A stretch of DNA of 64,000 bases from Alphaproteobacteria bacterium UBA998 (GCA_002291925.1 DBAY01000057.1:5194-69193), one strand, 5' to 3'; positions 52,565 through 63,618 are shown, counted from the first letter of the stretch. A program made the numbers and translations. The notes: a model not told the origin generated them from the letters alone.

Positions 52565-52636
52565 GTCATCCCCGCGCAGGCGGGAATCCATATTCCAGAA
52601 TCCGGAGTTATGGATCCCCGCCTTCGCGGGGATGAC
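52565..52636. repeat. palindromic repeat unit GTCATCCCCGCGCAGGCGGGAATCC...GGATCCCCGCCTTCGCGGGGATGAC
   Basis: Two arms, each a hairpin, and the arms are inverted relative to one another. It sits between serA and serC. Confidence 0.8.
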
Positions 52637-52645
52637 ATGTTTAAA

Positions 52646-53806
52646 TTACGCTGCCGCCTTCTGTTGCTTGATTTCCCCGAAGGCCCAGTCGAGCCAGGGG
52701 AAGAGGGCTTCCAGATCGGAGGTCTCGACCGTCGCGCCGCCCCACAGGCGCAGGCCGACGGGGGCATCGCGGTAGGCGCCGATGTCGAAGGCGACGTTTT
52801 CTTTCTCCAGCAGCTTGGTCATGTCCTTCGCCTTGGCGGCCTGCTCATCGGCGGAAAGGCTATTGAACCACGGATCGCTGATCTTCAGGCAGATCGAGGT
52901 GCAGGAGCGGATGCTTTCATCCTGTGCAAGAAAATCGACCCACGGCGTCTTTTCTACCCACGCCTTTACGGCGGCGAGGTTCCTCTCCGAGCGCTTGATG
53001 AGTTCCGACAGGCCGCCGATGGATTCGGCCCAGATCAACCCGTCCAGCGCGTCTTCCACAGCGATCATGGAGGGGGTGTTGATGGTTTCGCCCTGGAAGA
53101 TGCCTTCCACGATCTTGCCGCCCTTAGTCATGCGGAAGAGTTTCGGCAGCGGCCAGTTCGGCGTGTAGGACTCAAGGCGGGCCACGGCGCGGGGCGAGAG
53201 GGCCAGCATGCCATGCGCCGCTTCGCCGCCGAGCACCTTCTGCCAGGACCATGTCACTACATCGAGTTTCTCGAAGGGGACATCCATGGCGAACACGGCG
53301 GAGGTGGCGTCGCAGATGGCAAGGCCTTCGCGATCATCGGCAATCCAGTCAGCGTTCGGCACGCGCACGCCGGAGGTGGTGCCGTTCCAGGTGAAGCCGA
53401 CATCGCGGCTCCAATCCACTTGGCTGAGGTCAGGGATTTCACCGTAAGATGCGCTGAACACGCGCAGGTCGGTGAGTTTCAGCTGCTTCTTCGCGGCGGT
53501 CACCCAGCCTTCGCCGAAGCTCTCCCATGAAAGCATGTCGACACCGCGGGCGCCCATCATGGTCCACATCGCCATTTCGTAAGCGCCGGTATCGGAGGCA
53601 GGCACGATGCCGAGACGCCAGTCCGCCGGGATGCCGAGTATCTTTTTCGAGCGCTCGATGACGTCCGCCAGCTTCTTCTTGCCGGGGCCGGAGCGGTGAG
53701 AGCGGCCAACGAGCGCATCCTTCAGCGCTTCCCAGGACCAGCCAGGACGCTTGGCGCAGGGGCCTGAAGAAAAACAGGGGTTTACGGGTTTCTGCGTAGG
53801 TTTCAT
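52646..53806 (-). CDS. serC: phosphoserine aminotransferase (long alphaproteobacterial type)
   Basis: [19 protein letters not shown]-terminus. 386 aa. Adjacent to serA. Confidence 0.9.
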   Translation of the reverse strand: MKPTQKPVNPCFSSGPCAKRPGWSWEALKDALVGRSHRSGPGKKKLADVIERSKKILGIPADWRLGIVPASDTGAYEMAMWTMMGARGVDMLSWESFGEGWVTAAKKQLKLTDLRVFSASYGEIPDLSQVDWSRDVGFTWNGTTSGVRVPNADWIADDREGLAICDATSAVFAMDVPFEKLDVVTWSWQKVLGGEAAHGMLALSPRAVARLESYTPNWPLPKLFRMTKGGKIVEGIFQGETINTPSMIAVEDALDGLIWAESIGGLSELIKRSERNLAAVKAWVEKTPWVDFLAQDESIRSCTSICLKISDPWFNSLSADEQAAKAKDMTKLLEKENVAFDIGAYRDAPVGLRLWGGATVETSDLEALFPWLDWAFGEIKQQKAAA

Positions 53807-53948
53807 GGGATTACCGGAAATTAGGGAATTTCGTGAATGTGCTTAGCCCGTAGCACGCCCGGATGCAAAGGGAAAATATGTAGGGACATCATTGCAGGTA
53901 TAGGTGGGCAATGAGGTGTTTCAGATAAGCAGAGTTTTCCGCATCCTT

Positions 53949-54074
53949 GTCATTCCAGCGCAGGCTGGAATCCAGACTAACTGTCGCCCTGAACTTGTTT
54001 CAGGGCCTATGATAAAAAGATGCTGAAACAAGTTCAGCATGACAGGACTGGATTCCAGCCTGCGCTGGAATGAC
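53949..54074. repeat. nested composite repeat: type-C arms enclosing a complete type-D unit
   Basis: Outer arms are GTCATTCCAGCGCAGGCTGGAATCCAG ... CTGGATTCCAGCCTGCGCTGGAATGAC. The inner segment 53983..54043 matches 11818..11879. Confidence 0.85.
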
Positions 54075-54076
54075 AA

Positions 54077-54832
54077 TTAACTCACCGCATCCAGCAGTTT
54101 TTCCAGGGTGAAGGTGAGCACGTGCAGGTCTTCGGGGGTGGAGAGGCGGTGGTCGCCTTCCTTGATGAGCATCGTCTGCACATCCCTGCTTTCCAGTGCT
54201 TCGGCGATGTCGTGGGCGTAGGTCCACGGCACGTCTGGGTCCTTCATGCCCTGCACGAGCCGCACTGGGCAGGTGAGGGGGATGGGGCTATCCAGCAGCA
54301 GATGCTGGCGACCGTCCTCGATCAGCAATTTTGTGATGGGGTAGGGATCGCCATAAAGAGAGGGAACGTAGATGACGCCGTCGCGCATCAGGTCACGCTG
54401 CTGGGCCGGGGTCATGCCTGCCCACATGAGGCGTTCGGTGAAATCCGGCGCGGCGGCGATCCCGAGGATACCCTTTACGTACTCGCGCCGTTGCAGGGCC
54501 ATGTTCAGCGCAATCCAGCCGCCCATGCTGGAGCCGACCAGTATGGCGGGGCCTTGCATCACGTGATCGAACAACTCCAGCGCATTCTGCGTCCAGCGGC
54601 CGATGCTGCCTTCCAGAAAATCGCCGCCCGTCTGGCCGTGGGCATGGTAATCAAAGCGCAGGAAAGCCTGCCCGCGTCCCCGGCAGTAGGATTCCAGCGT
54701 CGTCGCCTTCGAGCCCGTCATGTCCGAGCGGAAACCGCCGCAGAACATGACGCCCGGCGCGCGACCGGGCGTATAATGATAGGCCAGCCGGTCGCCCGTG
54801 GAGGTAACATGGTACTGCAATCCGCCATTCAT
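54077..54832 (-). CDS. alpha/beta-fold hydrolase
   Basis: GSSMGGW nucleophile elbow with C-terminal D and H candidates. The start was moved to MNGGLQYH to leave an intergenic gap with the divergent GT4 gene. Confidence 0.7.
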   Translation of the reverse strand: MNGGLQYHVTSTGDRLAYHYTPGRAPGVMFCGGFRSDMTGSKATTLESYCRGRGQAFLRFDYHAHGQTGGDFLEGSIGRWTQNALELFDHVMQGPAILVGSSMGGWIALNMALQRREYVKGILGIAAAPDFTERLMWAGMTPAQQRDLMRDGVIYVPSLYGDPYPITKLLIEDGRQHLLLDSPIPLTCPVRLVQGMKDPDVPWTYAHDIAEALESRDVQTMLIKEGDHRLSTPEDLHVLTFTLEKLLDAVS

Positions 54833-54904
54833 ATAGGATCCATGCGAAGGAAAACGTTGAGGGAACAGCGCGAACTGTCCTATCACTCACTCAGGAGCGA
54901 CGCA

Positions 54905-56128
54905 ATGACCGGCAAACCACCGACTGTTCTTCAAGTGCTGCCCGAACTCCGCACCGGCGGGGTGGAGCGCGGCACGGTGGAGATCGCCGCCGCCCTGCAC
55001 AAGGCGGGCCACCGCGCGCTGGTGGCCTCGGCGGGCGGCTATATGGAGAGCGACCTCTCTTATGCGGGTGGCGAACATATCCGCATCCCGCAGATGAAAA
55101 GCAAGAATCCGTGGCATATCATGGAGAATGCCGACCGGCTGGCGAAAATCATCCGCGAAGAGAAAGTGGATATCATCCATGCCCGCTCGCGCGCCCCGGC
55201 ATGGAGCGCCCGCATGGCGGCCAAGCGCACGGGGTGCCATTTCATCACGACCTTCCATGGCGTCTACAACCTCAACTTCCCGCTGAAGCAGCGCTACAAC
55301 GCCATCATGACGAAGGGCGAGCGGGTGATTGCCGTCTCCAACTTCGTGCGTGAGCATATCCTCGCCAATTATGAGGTCGATCCGCAGCGCGTGACGGTGA
55401 TTCACCGTGGGGCGAATCTGGAAAAATTCTCACCGGACAAGGTCGTGCCCGGCCGCGTGGCGCAGGTGGCGAAGGACTGGCGCGTGCCGGAAGAGCTGCA
55501 TCCGCTGATCCTGATGCCCGGCCGCATCACGCGCTGGAAGGGGCAGGATGTGCTCATCAAGGCGCTCGGCAAGCTGCCGCACCGCAATTTCTTCTGCTTG
55601 CTGGTGGGCGATGACGAGCGCCACCCGGACTATGCCAACGAGCTGAAACAGCTCATCGAAGAGCTGAACCTGGAAGGCCATGTGCGCATGGTGGGCAACA
55701 CCAAGTTCATGGCGGAGGCGTATGTGCTGGCGAGCCTCGTCGTCTCGCCCTCCATCGAGCCGGAAGCGTTTGGACGCGTGCCCATCGAGGCGCAGGCAAT
55801 GGGCAAGCCGGTGATTGCCACCCGCCACGGCGGCGCGATGGAAACGGTGCGCGAGTACGAAACCGGCTGGCTGGTGAATCCCGGCGATGTGGATGACCTC
55901 GCGCGGGCTCTGAATGAGGCGCTTTCGCTGGATGACGCCACCCGGCAGGTGATTGAGTATAATGCACTGTGGAACGCACGAAACAATTTCTCCACCGCCA
56001 CCATGTGCCGCAAGACATTGCAGGTGTACGCGGAAGTCATGGCAGGCGTGCTGCCGGCGCCTGAACCTGAGCCGGACGCCATCGCGGAGCAGGAGCCGCT
56101 TGCCGAGGAAGAGACCGCCGACGCATGA
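54905..56128 (+). CDS. glycosyltransferase family 4
   Basis: VLQVLPELRTGGVERGT N-terminus and the EPEAFGRVPIEAQAMGKPVIAT EX7E-type motif. The upstream part of listed ORF 54122..56128 is antisense to the hydrolase. Confidence 0.8.
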   Translation: MTGKPPTVLQVLPELRTGGVERGTVEIAAALHKAGHRALVASAGGYMESDLSYAGGEHIRIPQMKSKNPWHIMENADRLAKIIREEKVDIIHARSRAPAWSARMAAKRTGCHFITTFHGVYNLNFPLKQRYNAIMTKGERVIAVSNFVREHILANYEVDPQRVTVIHRGANLEKFSPDKVVPGRVAQVAKDWRVPEELHPLILMPGRITRWKGQDVLIKALGKLPHRNFFCLLVGDDERHPDYANELKQLIEELNLEGHVRMVGNTKFMAEAYVLASLVVSPSIEPEAFGRVPIEAQAMGKPVIATRHGGAMETVREYETGWLVNPGDVDDLARALNEALSLDDATRQVIEYNALWNARNNFSTATMCRKTLQVYAEVMAGVLPAPEPEPDAIAEQEPLAEEETADA

Positions 56129-57066
56129 GCGCGCAGGAGCATATCCTCGTCATCAAGCATGGCGCGCTCGGTGATATCGTGCTGGCGACCGGGCCGATGA
56201 CCGCCATCCGGGCGCACCACCCGCAGGCGCACATCACTCTGCTGACCGCGAAGCCTTATGACACATTGCTGAAATCTTCTCCGTATTTCGATGAAATCTG
56301 GGTGGATGCGAAACCGAAAGTCTGGCAGTTCGCCGCCCTGCAGAAATTGCGAAGGCTGCTCAACAGCCGGCCCTTCCTGCGCGTGTATGACCTGCAGACT
56401 TCCCAGCGCAGTACGTCCTATTACCAGCTTTTCCGCCACAAGCCGCAATGGTCTGGGCTGGTGCCGGGGGAGTTCGTGCATGACACGCCGCACCGCACGC
56501 AAAGCCATACGCTCGACCGTGAGCGCGAGCAGTTGAACCTCGCAGGCATCCATGATGTCCCCGGCCCGGATGTCAGCTGGCTGACTTCGGATATTTCCCG
56601 TTTTTCCCTGCCCGAGCGCTATGTGGTGCTGATTCCCGGCGGCTCTGCGCACCGGCCGGAGAAGCGCTGGCCGCAGGCGCATTATGCAGAGCTGGCCGTT
56701 CGCTTGCAATCACTGGGCATCACGCCGGTGTTGATTGGAACGGACGCGGAAGCCAGGGAACTGAGCGCCATTCAGGCCGCCTGCCCGGAGGCCATCAACC
56801 TCTGCAGCCAGACTTCGTTCGCTGATCTGGCGGAGCTGGGACGCGGCGCGCTGGCGTGTGTGGGCAATGACACGGGGCCGATGCATCTGGTGGCTGTCAC
56901 GCAGTGCCCCTCGGTCGTGCTGTTCTCGCGTGCCTCGAATCCGGCGATGTGCGCCCCGCGCGGCGAGAAAGTGACCGCGCTGCAGCGTGACGCGCTGGAA
57001 CAGCTCAGCGTGGATGAGGTGTTTTCTACGCTGAAACCGTGGCTTCGCCTTGACAGGGCAGCGTAA
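56125..57066 (+). CDS. glycosyltransferase family 9 (heptosyltransferase-like)
   Basis: ILVIKHGALGDIVLATG and GNDTGPMHL motifs. Its start overlaps the GT4 stop. Confidence 0.8.
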   Translation: MSAQEHILVIKHGALGDIVLATGPMTAIRAHHPQAHITLLTAKPYDTLLKSSPYFDEIWVDAKPKVWQFAALQKLRRLLNSRPFLRVYDLQTSQRSTSYYQLFRHKPQWSGLVPGEFVHDTPHRTQSHTLDREREQLNLAGIHDVPGPDVSWLTSDISRFSLPERYVVLIPGGSAHRPEKRWPQAHYAELAVRLQSLGITPVLIGTDAEARELSAIQAACPEAINLCSQTSFADLAELGRGALACVGNDTGPMHLVAVTQCPSVVLFSRASNPAMCAPRGEKVTALQRDALEQLSVDEVFSTLKPWLRLDRAA

Positions 57067-57095
57067 AGGTCTTTTTATAAATTTTTCAATTCAGT

Positions 57096-57187
57096 GTCAT
57101 TCCAGCGAAGGCTGGAATCCAGTTGAATGAAGCTTTGCGCTGGATTCCGGATCGGCGCTCGGCTTTGCCTCACTTGTCCGGAATGAC
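57096..57187. repeat. GTCATTCC...GGAATGAC palindromic repeat unit (type C), copy 3, in the thrS leader
   Basis: Shares both arms with 43558..43669 and ends 13 nt before the thrS ATG. Confidence 0.85.
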
Positions 57188-57200
57188 AAGAGCATTTTTT

Positions 57201-59195
57201 ATGTCCCACGCTGCCGTGCAACCTTCGTCTGTCAATATCACGCTTCCCGATGGCAGCGTGCGCACGTACGGCGCGCCGGTGACCGGCTTCCAGATTGCCG
57301 AATCCATCGGCCCCGGCCTGCTGAAGGCCGCGGTGGCGATGAAGGTGGACGGCGTGCAGCGCGACCTCAGCGAGCCCATCGCGCAGGATGCGTCTGTTGC
57401 CCTGCTGACGACGAGGGACGCGGAAGGCCTGGAGATCATGCGTCACACCACCACGGCGCAGGTGCTGGCGCTGGCGGTGAAGGAAATCTGGCCCGCCGCC
57501 AAGCTCGCCATCGGCCCCACGATTGAGCACGGCTTCTATTACGACATCGACCTCGAATACAAAATCACGCCGGACGATCTGCCGAAGATTGAGGCGAAGA
57601 TGAAAGAGATTCTCGGCCGTGGCCTTACCGTTCAGCGCGAGATGTGGAAGCGCGAGGAAGCCATTGCCATGTTTGAAGGACGCGGCGAGACTTACAAGGC
57701 CGAGCTTATCCGCAACGCCCCCGAAGACGACACCACCGAGCGCGGCAAGGTTTCGCTCTATCGCCAGGGGCAGGGGGATGATGCGTTCATCGATCTCTGC
57801 CGTGGCCCGCACTGCCCATCGCTTGGAAAAATTTCACAGGCCTTCAAGCTCACCAAGCTGGCCGGGGCCTACTGGCGCGGGGACTCCCGCAACAAGATGC
57901 TCCAGCGAATCTACGGTGTCTCCTTTGCGAATGACAAGGAGCTGAAAGCCTACCTGACCATGATGGAAGAGGCGGAGAAGCGTGATCACCGCAAACTCGG
58001 CCGCCAGCTGGATCTGTTCCATTTGCAGGAGGAGGCCATCGGGCAGGTGTTCTGGCATCCGAATGGCTGGACGGTCTACCGCGAGCTGGAAAACTACATC
58101 CGACAGAAGCTGGATCGCGAAAATTACCAGGAGGTGAAAACCCCGATGCTGGTGGACCGCGCCCTCTGGGAAGCCTCCGGCCACTGGGAGAAATTCGGCG
58201 AGAACATGTTCACCTCGGAAGCCGAGGAGCGCACGCTCGCCATCAAGCCGATGAACTGCCCCTGCCACGTGCAGATTTTCCGTCAGGGCATCAAGTCCTA
58301 CCGCGACTTGCCGTTGCGTATGGCCGAGTTCGGCTCTTGCCATCGCTATGAGCCCTCAGGCGCGTTGCACGGCATCATGCGCGTGCGCGGCTTCGTGCAG
58401 GATGACGCGCATATCTTCTGCATGGAAAGCCAGATTCTCTCCGAAACCGAGAAATTCTGCGCCCTGCTGCAGGAAGTCTATCAGGAACTGGGTTTCACGG
58501 AGATTGCCGTGAAACTCTCCACCCGCCCGGAGAAGCGCGCGGGAACCGATGAAACGTGGGACAAGGCTGAGCATTCGCTCGCCGAGGCCGTGGAAGCCGT
58601 GGGCCTGCCCTATGAGGTGCAGCCGGGCGAGGGCGCCTTCTACGGGCCGAAGCTGGAATTCCAGCTGAAGGATTGCATTGGCCGCACATGGCAGTGCGGC
58701 ACCCTGCAGCTCGACTTCGTGCTTCCGGAGCGTCTGGATGCCGCCTATATCGGCGAGGACGGGGAGAAGCATCGCCCGGTGATGCTCCATCGCGCCATTC
58801 TGGGTTCACTGGAGCGTTTCATCGGCATTCTTATCGAGCAGTATGCGGGCAAATTCCCGCTCTGGCTGGCGCCGGTGCAGGTGGTGGTGGCGCCGATCAC
58901 CAACGATCTGGATGACTACGCCACGGATGTGGTGCGCCGCCTTAAGGACGCGGGCATCCGCGCCGAGTCGGACCTCTCGACGAACAAAATCAATTACAAA
59001 GTGCGTGAGCATTCCGACCGTAAGGTGCCGTTCATCTTTGCTGTCGGCGGGCGGGAGAAGGAGCAGGACAGTGTCTCCGTGCGCCGCTTGGGCTCGCAAA
59101 AGCAGACCGTGCACAGCGTGGCCGAGATCATCGACCTCTTGACGGCTGAGATCCGCGAACGCAGACTGCCGCCTCATGACGAGAATGCAGGTTGA
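57201..59195 (+). CDS. thrS: threonine--tRNA ligase
   Basis: TGS domain N-terminus [12 protein letters not shown] and class II motifs. The start was placed downstream of the repeat-derived N-terminus of listed ORF 57123. Confidence 0.95.
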   Translation: MSHAAVQPSSVNITLPDGSVRTYGAPVTGFQIAESIGPGLLKAAVAMKVDGVQRDLSEPIAQDASVALLTTRDAEGLEIMRHTTTAQVLALAVKEIWPAAKLAIGPTIEHGFYYDIDLEYKITPDDLPKIEAKMKEILGRGLTVQREMWKREEAIAMFEGRGETYKAELIRNAPEDDTTERGKVSLYRQGQGDDAFIDLCRGPHCPSLGKISQAFKLTKLAGAYWRGDSRNKMLQRIYGVSFANDKELKAYLTMMEEAEKRDHRKLGRQLDLFHLQEEAIGQVFWHPNGWTVYRELENYIRQKLDRENYQEVKTPMLVDRALWEASGHWEKFGENMFTSEAEERTLAIKPMNCPCHVQIFRQGIKSYRDLPLRMAEFGSCHRYEPSGALHGIMRVRGFVQDDAHIFCMESQILSETEKFCALLQEVYQELGFTEIAVKLSTRPEKRAGTDETWDKAEHSLAEAVEAVGLPYEVQPGEGAFYGPKLEFQLKDCIGRTWQCGTLQLDFVLPERLDAAYIGEDGEKHRPVMLHRAILGSLERFIGILIEQYAGKFPLWLAPVQVVVAPITNDLDDYATDVVRRLKDAGIRAESDLSTNKINYKVREHSDRKVPFIFAVGGREKEQDSVSVRRLGSQKQTVHSVAEIIDLLTAEIRERRLPPHDENAG

Positions 59196-59281
59196 TTAAG
59201 CATTAAATCTATTTTAAACATCTGCCCTTACGATTTTCATCTACATTGGAGCAAACTGCCTATGCGTGAGACGATTTCCCT

Positions 59282-59809
59282 ATGAGTGCCACCGGTCAGG
59301 AACCGCGGGTCAATCACCAGATTCGTATCGACAAGATCCGCCTTATTGATGGTGAAGGTAACATGGTAGGGGTTGTCTCCGTTGCCGAAGGCCTGAAAAT
59401 GGCCGAGGCGGCAGGGCTCGATCTGGTCGAGGTATCGCCCGGTGCATCTCCTCCGGTGTGCAAGCTGCTCGATTACGGCAAGTACAAGTACCAGCTCCAG
59501 AAAAAGGCCAACGAGGCCCGTAAGAAGCAGAAGATCATCCAGGTAAAGGAGATCAAGCTCCGACCGATGATCGACAAGCACGATCTGGAAGTGAAAATGA
59601 AGGCCGTTCAGAAGTTTCTGGATGAAGGCGACAAGGTGAAGTTCACCCTGCGCTTCCGTGGCCGCGAAATGTCGCACCAGGAACTGGGCATGCGTCTGCT
59701 CAATCAGGTGAAGGAAATCCTCGCCGACAAGATCAAGGTCGAGTCAGAACCCCGCCTGGAAGGCCGCCAGATGGTGATGATGGTCTCCCCCGCGAAATCC
59801 GCGCATTGA
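59282..59809 (+). CDS. infC: translation initiation factor IF-3
   Basis: [24 protein letters not shown]...[10 protein letters not shown]...KEIKLRP are IF-3 motifs. Confidence 0.9.
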   Translation: MSATGQEPRVNHQIRIDKIRLIDGEGNMVGVVSVAEGLKMAEAAGLDLVEVSPGASPPVCKLLDYGKYKYQLQKKANEARKKQKIIQVKEIKLRPMIDKHDLEVKMKAVQKFLDEGDKVKFTLRFRGREMSHQELGMRLLNQVKEILADKIKVESEPRLEGRQMVMMVSPAKSAH

Positions 59810-59820
59810 TAGCCCTAGTC

Positions 59821-60026
59821 TTTGCCCCTGCTACGTGCTTCCTGCGATCCGTAAGTAAGCGACGCTCTGCTGGCTCATGGCTGACGCGCGAAACGCTCTG
59901 TCGGCGTTTCGCCTGTCCTTGACTAACACAGTCGTGTAGCCGTCATCCTGCGAGCCGGAGGCTGCACAGGATCTTCATCGTATCGCGAGCAGATTCCGGG
60001 CACGCTAACGCGTCCCGGAATGACGG
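59821..60026. repeat. ~205-bp intergenic repeat element, copy 2
   Basis: Collinear with 1832..2035 with scattered substitutions. Confidence 0.85.
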
Positions 60027-60116
60027 AGAGTAGAAAAAATGTCACCTCCCTAACCTATTGCGGGGTCTTCCCTGCATACGCGGAGATGCCGCAACAAGTG
60101 CGGCATGACAGATCAA

Positions 60117-60743
60117 TTAAGAAATAAACTGCCCGATGGCCGGAGAGGCGATCATTGTCATGAATTCTTGGCGGGTACGTGGATCGCTCTTGAAGAGGCC
60201 GTGCAGGCGGCTGGTGACGGTGGTGGTCTCTGACTTGTGCACGCCGCGCGTGGTCATGCATTGGTGCGCGGCGTCGATGATGACGGCGACGCCCCTGGGT
60301 TGCAGCACGCGCAGGATGGTATCGGCGATCTGCGCGGTCATGGTTTCCTGCGTCTGCAGGCGCTTGGCGTAGACGTCCACAAGGCGGGCGATCTTGCTGA
60401 TGCCGACCACGCGCTTGTCCGGAATATAGGCCACATGTGCCCGGCCGATGATGGGCACCATGTGGTGCTCGCAATGCGACTCGAGGCGCATGTTCTTCAG
60501 CAGCACCATCTCATCGTAATCCTCGACTTCCTCAAAAGTGCGCGCCAGGATGTCTTCCGGGTGCATGTCATAGCCGGCGAAGAATTCCTCGTAGGCTTCC
60601 ACCACGCGTTTGGGGGTATCCAGCAGGCCTTCGCGGGCCACATCGTCACCCGCCCAGGCGATGAGCGTACGTACGGCCTCCATGGCCTGTTCTTTTGAAG
60701 GTCGAGTCACGCGGCGTCCTTTCGGCAGTGCAATCGCAGGCAT
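60117..60743 (-). CDS. folE: GTP cyclohydrolase I
   Basis: [20 protein letters not shown] and QERMT-like QETMT motifs. Confidence 0.9.
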   Translation of the reverse strand: MPAIALPKGRRVTRPSKEQAMEAVRTLIAWAGDDVAREGLLDTPKRVVEAYEEFFAGYDMHPEDILARTFEEVEDYDEMVLLKNMRLESHCEHHMVPIIGRAHVAYIPDKRVVGISKIARLVDVYAKRLQTQETMTAQIADTILRVLQPRGVAVIIDAAHQCMTTRGVHKSETTTVTSRLHGLFKSDPRTRQEFMTMIASPAIGQFIS

Positions 60744-60913
60744 GGAAATCTCCGTTGATGAGGGGCCTTTGATCGCGGATATAAGTTTTCTATTATGTAA
60801 AACAAGGTGCGCTCAGGGGGCAAAAGTAAAAAATCTTCATTTTCTTCTTTCCCCGGCGCGGTTTTCATTGACCGCTTCCGAGCGCGGCTTATAGTAAATT
60901 CCCCGGAGTGCGC

Positions 60914-61294
60914 ATGCCTTACGACACCGCCATCGCCGAATCGCTGATTTCCCGCCTGTCGTTTGATGAGCGGGGGCTGATTCCGGCCATCGCGCAGGCC
61001 CACCAGAGCGGTGAGGTGCTGATGCTGGCCTGGATGAACGCGGACGCCATCCGGGAAACGCTATCTACAGGGAAAGTGACCTATTGGTCAAGGTCTAGAG
61101 GCGCGTTGTGGCGCAAAGGCGAGACTTCCGGCCATGTCCAGCGGCTGGTTGACCTGCGCTACGACTGCGACGCGGACACACTGCTCCTGCAGGTGGAGCA
61201 GAACGGCCCCGCCTGCCATACGAACCGCGCAAACTGCTTCTTTACCCAGCTTGAACCCCATGGCTTCCGGACGCTGAGCGCGCCCGTGGCCTAA
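60914..61294 (+). CDS. hisI: phosphoribosyl-AMP cyclohydrolase (monofunctional)
   Basis: GLIPAIAQ...VLMLAWMN...YWSRSR...LWRKGETSGH...DCDADTLL motifs. Confidence 0.85.
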   Translation: MPYDTAIAESLISRLSFDERGLIPAIAQAHQSGEVLMLAWMNADAIRETLSTGKVTYWSRSRGALWRKGETSGHVQRLVDLRYDCDADTLLLQVEQNGPACHTNRANCFFTQLEPHGFRTLSAPVA

Positions 61295-61308
61295 CCTTGG
61301 AGACGACC

Positions 61309-63618
61309 ATGACTTTGGCTGCAAACCTCGGATTTCCTCGCATCGGCACCCACCGGGAGCTGAAAACGGCGCTGGAAAGCTTCTGGAAAGGCGCAATTTC
61401 CGAGGCGCAGCTCATGTCCACCGCCGGCGAACTGCGTGCCCGCCACTGGCAATTGCAGAAGCAGGCCGGCATCGAGCATATCCCCAGCAACGATTTCTCG
61501 CTCTACGACCAGGTGCTGGATACCATCGCCATGGTCGGCGCGGTGCCGGAGCGTTACGGGCGCGTGAGCGGCGAGGTGGACCTGACCACCTATTTCGCGA
61601 TGGCCCGAGGGCGTCAGGCTGGCGGGCAGGACGTGGTGGCCATGGAAATGACCAAGTGGTTCGATACGAACTACCATTACATCGTTCCAGAATTCCATGC
61701 GGGCCAGCGTTTTAGCCTTGGCAGCACCAAGGCGCTGCGCGAGTTCGAGGAAGCCAAGGCCAAGGGCATCGTGACCCGCCCGGTGCTGCTTGGCCCGGTC
61801 AGCTTCCTGCTGCTCGGCAAGGTGCGCGATGATTCCGACCGATGGGATCTGCTGGACGGGCTGCTGCCGGTGTATGAGGACCTGCTGAAGCGCCTGCATA
61901 GCGCCGGGGCGGAGTGGGTGCAGATCGACGAGCCCTGCCTCGTGCTCGATCTCGACCAGCGCGCTAAGGTGGCTTACCAGACGGCGTATAATGCGCTTTC
62001 TTCCGCGTCACCGCTGAAAATCATGCTCGCCACCTATTTCGGGGCGATTGGCGATAATCTGGAGCTGGTGGCCAGCCTACCGGTGGCCGGGGTGCATGTG
62101 GACCTCGTGCGCGCGCCGGAGCAGTTGGAGGCGGTCGCCAAGGCACTGCCGTTCACGCACTGGCTGTCGGTTGGCGTGGTGGATGGGCGCAATATCTGGA
62201 AGACCGACCTGGAGGCGGCCGAGAAGATCGTCCGCAAGGCGGCGGAACTGCGCGGCGGCACGGCGCAATTGATGGTGGCTCCAAGCTGCTCGCTGCTGCA
62301 CTCGCCGGTCGATCTGGTGGAGGAAAAGAAGCTCAGCGCCGATCTGAAGAGCTGGCTTGCCTTCGCCACGCAGAAACTGTCGGAAGTCCGCCTGCTGGCC
62401 GAAGCGTCCAACGGTCACAAGGATCGCGAGGCGTTTGCCACCAATGCGAAGCTGATCGCCTCGCGCAAGGCCTCGCCACGCATCCATGATGCCAAGGTGA
62501 AGCAGCGCATGGCCGCGATCAGCAAGGACATGGCGCAGCGCCAGAGCCCGTTCAAGGCGCGCATCGCCAAGCAGCAGGCGCTGCTGGGCCTGCCGCTGTT
62601 GCCGACCACGACCATCGGCTCCTTCCCGCAGACCCATGACGTGCGCGAATCGCGTGCCCTGTTCAAGCGCGGCGACCTCTCGAAGGATCAGTACGAGATG
62701 TTCCTCGAGCAGAAAACCGCCGAGGCCATGAAATGGCAGGACGAGATCGGCATCGATGTGCCGGTGCATGGCGAGTTCGAGCGCAACGACATGGTAGAAT
62801 ATTTCGGCGAGCAGCTCTCCGGCTTTGCCTTCACCCAGAATGGCTGGGTGCAGAGCTATGGCTCGCGCTGCGTGAAGCCGCCGATCATCTTCGGCGATGT
62901 CAGCCGCCCCGAGCCGATGACGGTGCGCTGGAGCCAGTTCGCCCAGTCGAAAACGAAGAAGCCCGTGAAGGGCATGCTCACCGGCCCGGTGACCATCCTG
63001 CAATGGAGCTTCGTGCGCGACGATCAGCCGCGTTCCGAAACCTGCCGCCAGATTGCGCTGGCCATCCGTGACGAGGTGGTGGATCTGGAAAAGGCGGGCA
63101 TCCGCATCATCCAGATCGACGAGCCCGCGCTGCGCGAGGGGCTGCCGCTGCGCCAGTCCGACTGGAAGACTTACCTCGACTGGGCGGTGGAGAGCTTCCG
63201 CCTCTGCGCCTCCGGCGTGGATGACGCGACGCAGATTCACACCCACATGTGCTATTCGGAGTTCAACGACATCATTGACGCCATCGCGGCGCTGGATGCC
63301 GACGTGATTTCCATCGAAACCTCGCGCTCCGCCATGGAACTGCTGGATGCCTTCGCAACGTTCAAATACCCGAACGAGATCGGGCCGGGCGTCTATGACA
63401 TCCACAGCCCCCGCGTGCCCAACCAGCGCGAGATGGAAGCCCTGCTGGAGAAGGCGCTGGACGTGCTGGCGCCCGAGCAGCTCTGGGTCAACCCCGATTG
63501 CGGCCTGAAAACCCGCGGCTGGGCCGAGGTGAAGCCCGCCCTCGTGGCGATGGTGGAGGCGGCCCGGTCCCTGCGGGAAAAGCTGGAATCCGAAGGGAAA
63601 AAGCGCGCGACGGCCTGA
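61309..63618 (+). CDS. metE: cobalamin-independent methionine synthase
   Basis: MTLAANLGFPRIGTHRELK N-terminus and the C-terminal HTHMCYSEFNDI zinc motif. About 770 aa. Confidence 0.95.
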   Translation: MTLAANLGFPRIGTHRELKTALESFWKGAISEAQLMSTAGELRARHWQLQKQAGIEHIPSNDFSLYDQVLDTIAMVGAVPERYGRVSGEVDLTTYFAMARGRQAGGQDVVAMEMTKWFDTNYHYIVPEFHAGQRFSLGSTKALREFEEAKAKGIVTRPVLLGPVSFLLLGKVRDDSDRWDLLDGLLPVYEDLLKRLHSAGAEWVQIDEPCLVLDLDQRAKVAYQTAYNALSSASPLKIMLATYFGAIGDNLELVASLPVAGVHVDLVRAPEQLEAVAKALPFTHWLSVGVVDGRNIWKTDLEAAEKIVRKAAELRGGTAQLMVAPSCSLLHSPVDLVEEKKLSADLKSWLAFATQKLSEVRLLAEASNGHKDREAFATNAKLIASRKASPRIHDAKVKQRMAAISKDMAQRQSPFKARIAKQQALLGLPLLPTTTIGSFPQTHDVRESRALFKRGDLSKDQYEMFLEQKTAEAMKWQDEIGIDVPVHGEFERNDMVEYFGEQLSGFAFTQNGWVQSYGSRCVKPPIIFGDVSRPEPMTVRWSQFAQSKTKKPVKGMLTGPVTILQWSFVRDDQPRSETCRQIALAIRDEVVDLEKAGIRIIQIDEPALREGLPLRQSDWKTYLDWAVESFRLCASGVDDATQIHTHMCYSEFNDIIDAIAALDADVISIETSRSAMELLDAFATFKYPNEIGPGVYDIHSPRVPNQREMEALLEKALDVLAPEQLWVNPDCGLKTRGWAEVKPALVAMVEAARSLREKLESEGKKRATA

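Noticed and set aside
54122-54904. First 261 codons of the listed 668-aa ORF 54122..56128
   Set aside because: This part is antisense to the alpha/beta hydrolase gene. Glycosyltransferase similarity starts at MTGKPPTVLQV (54905).
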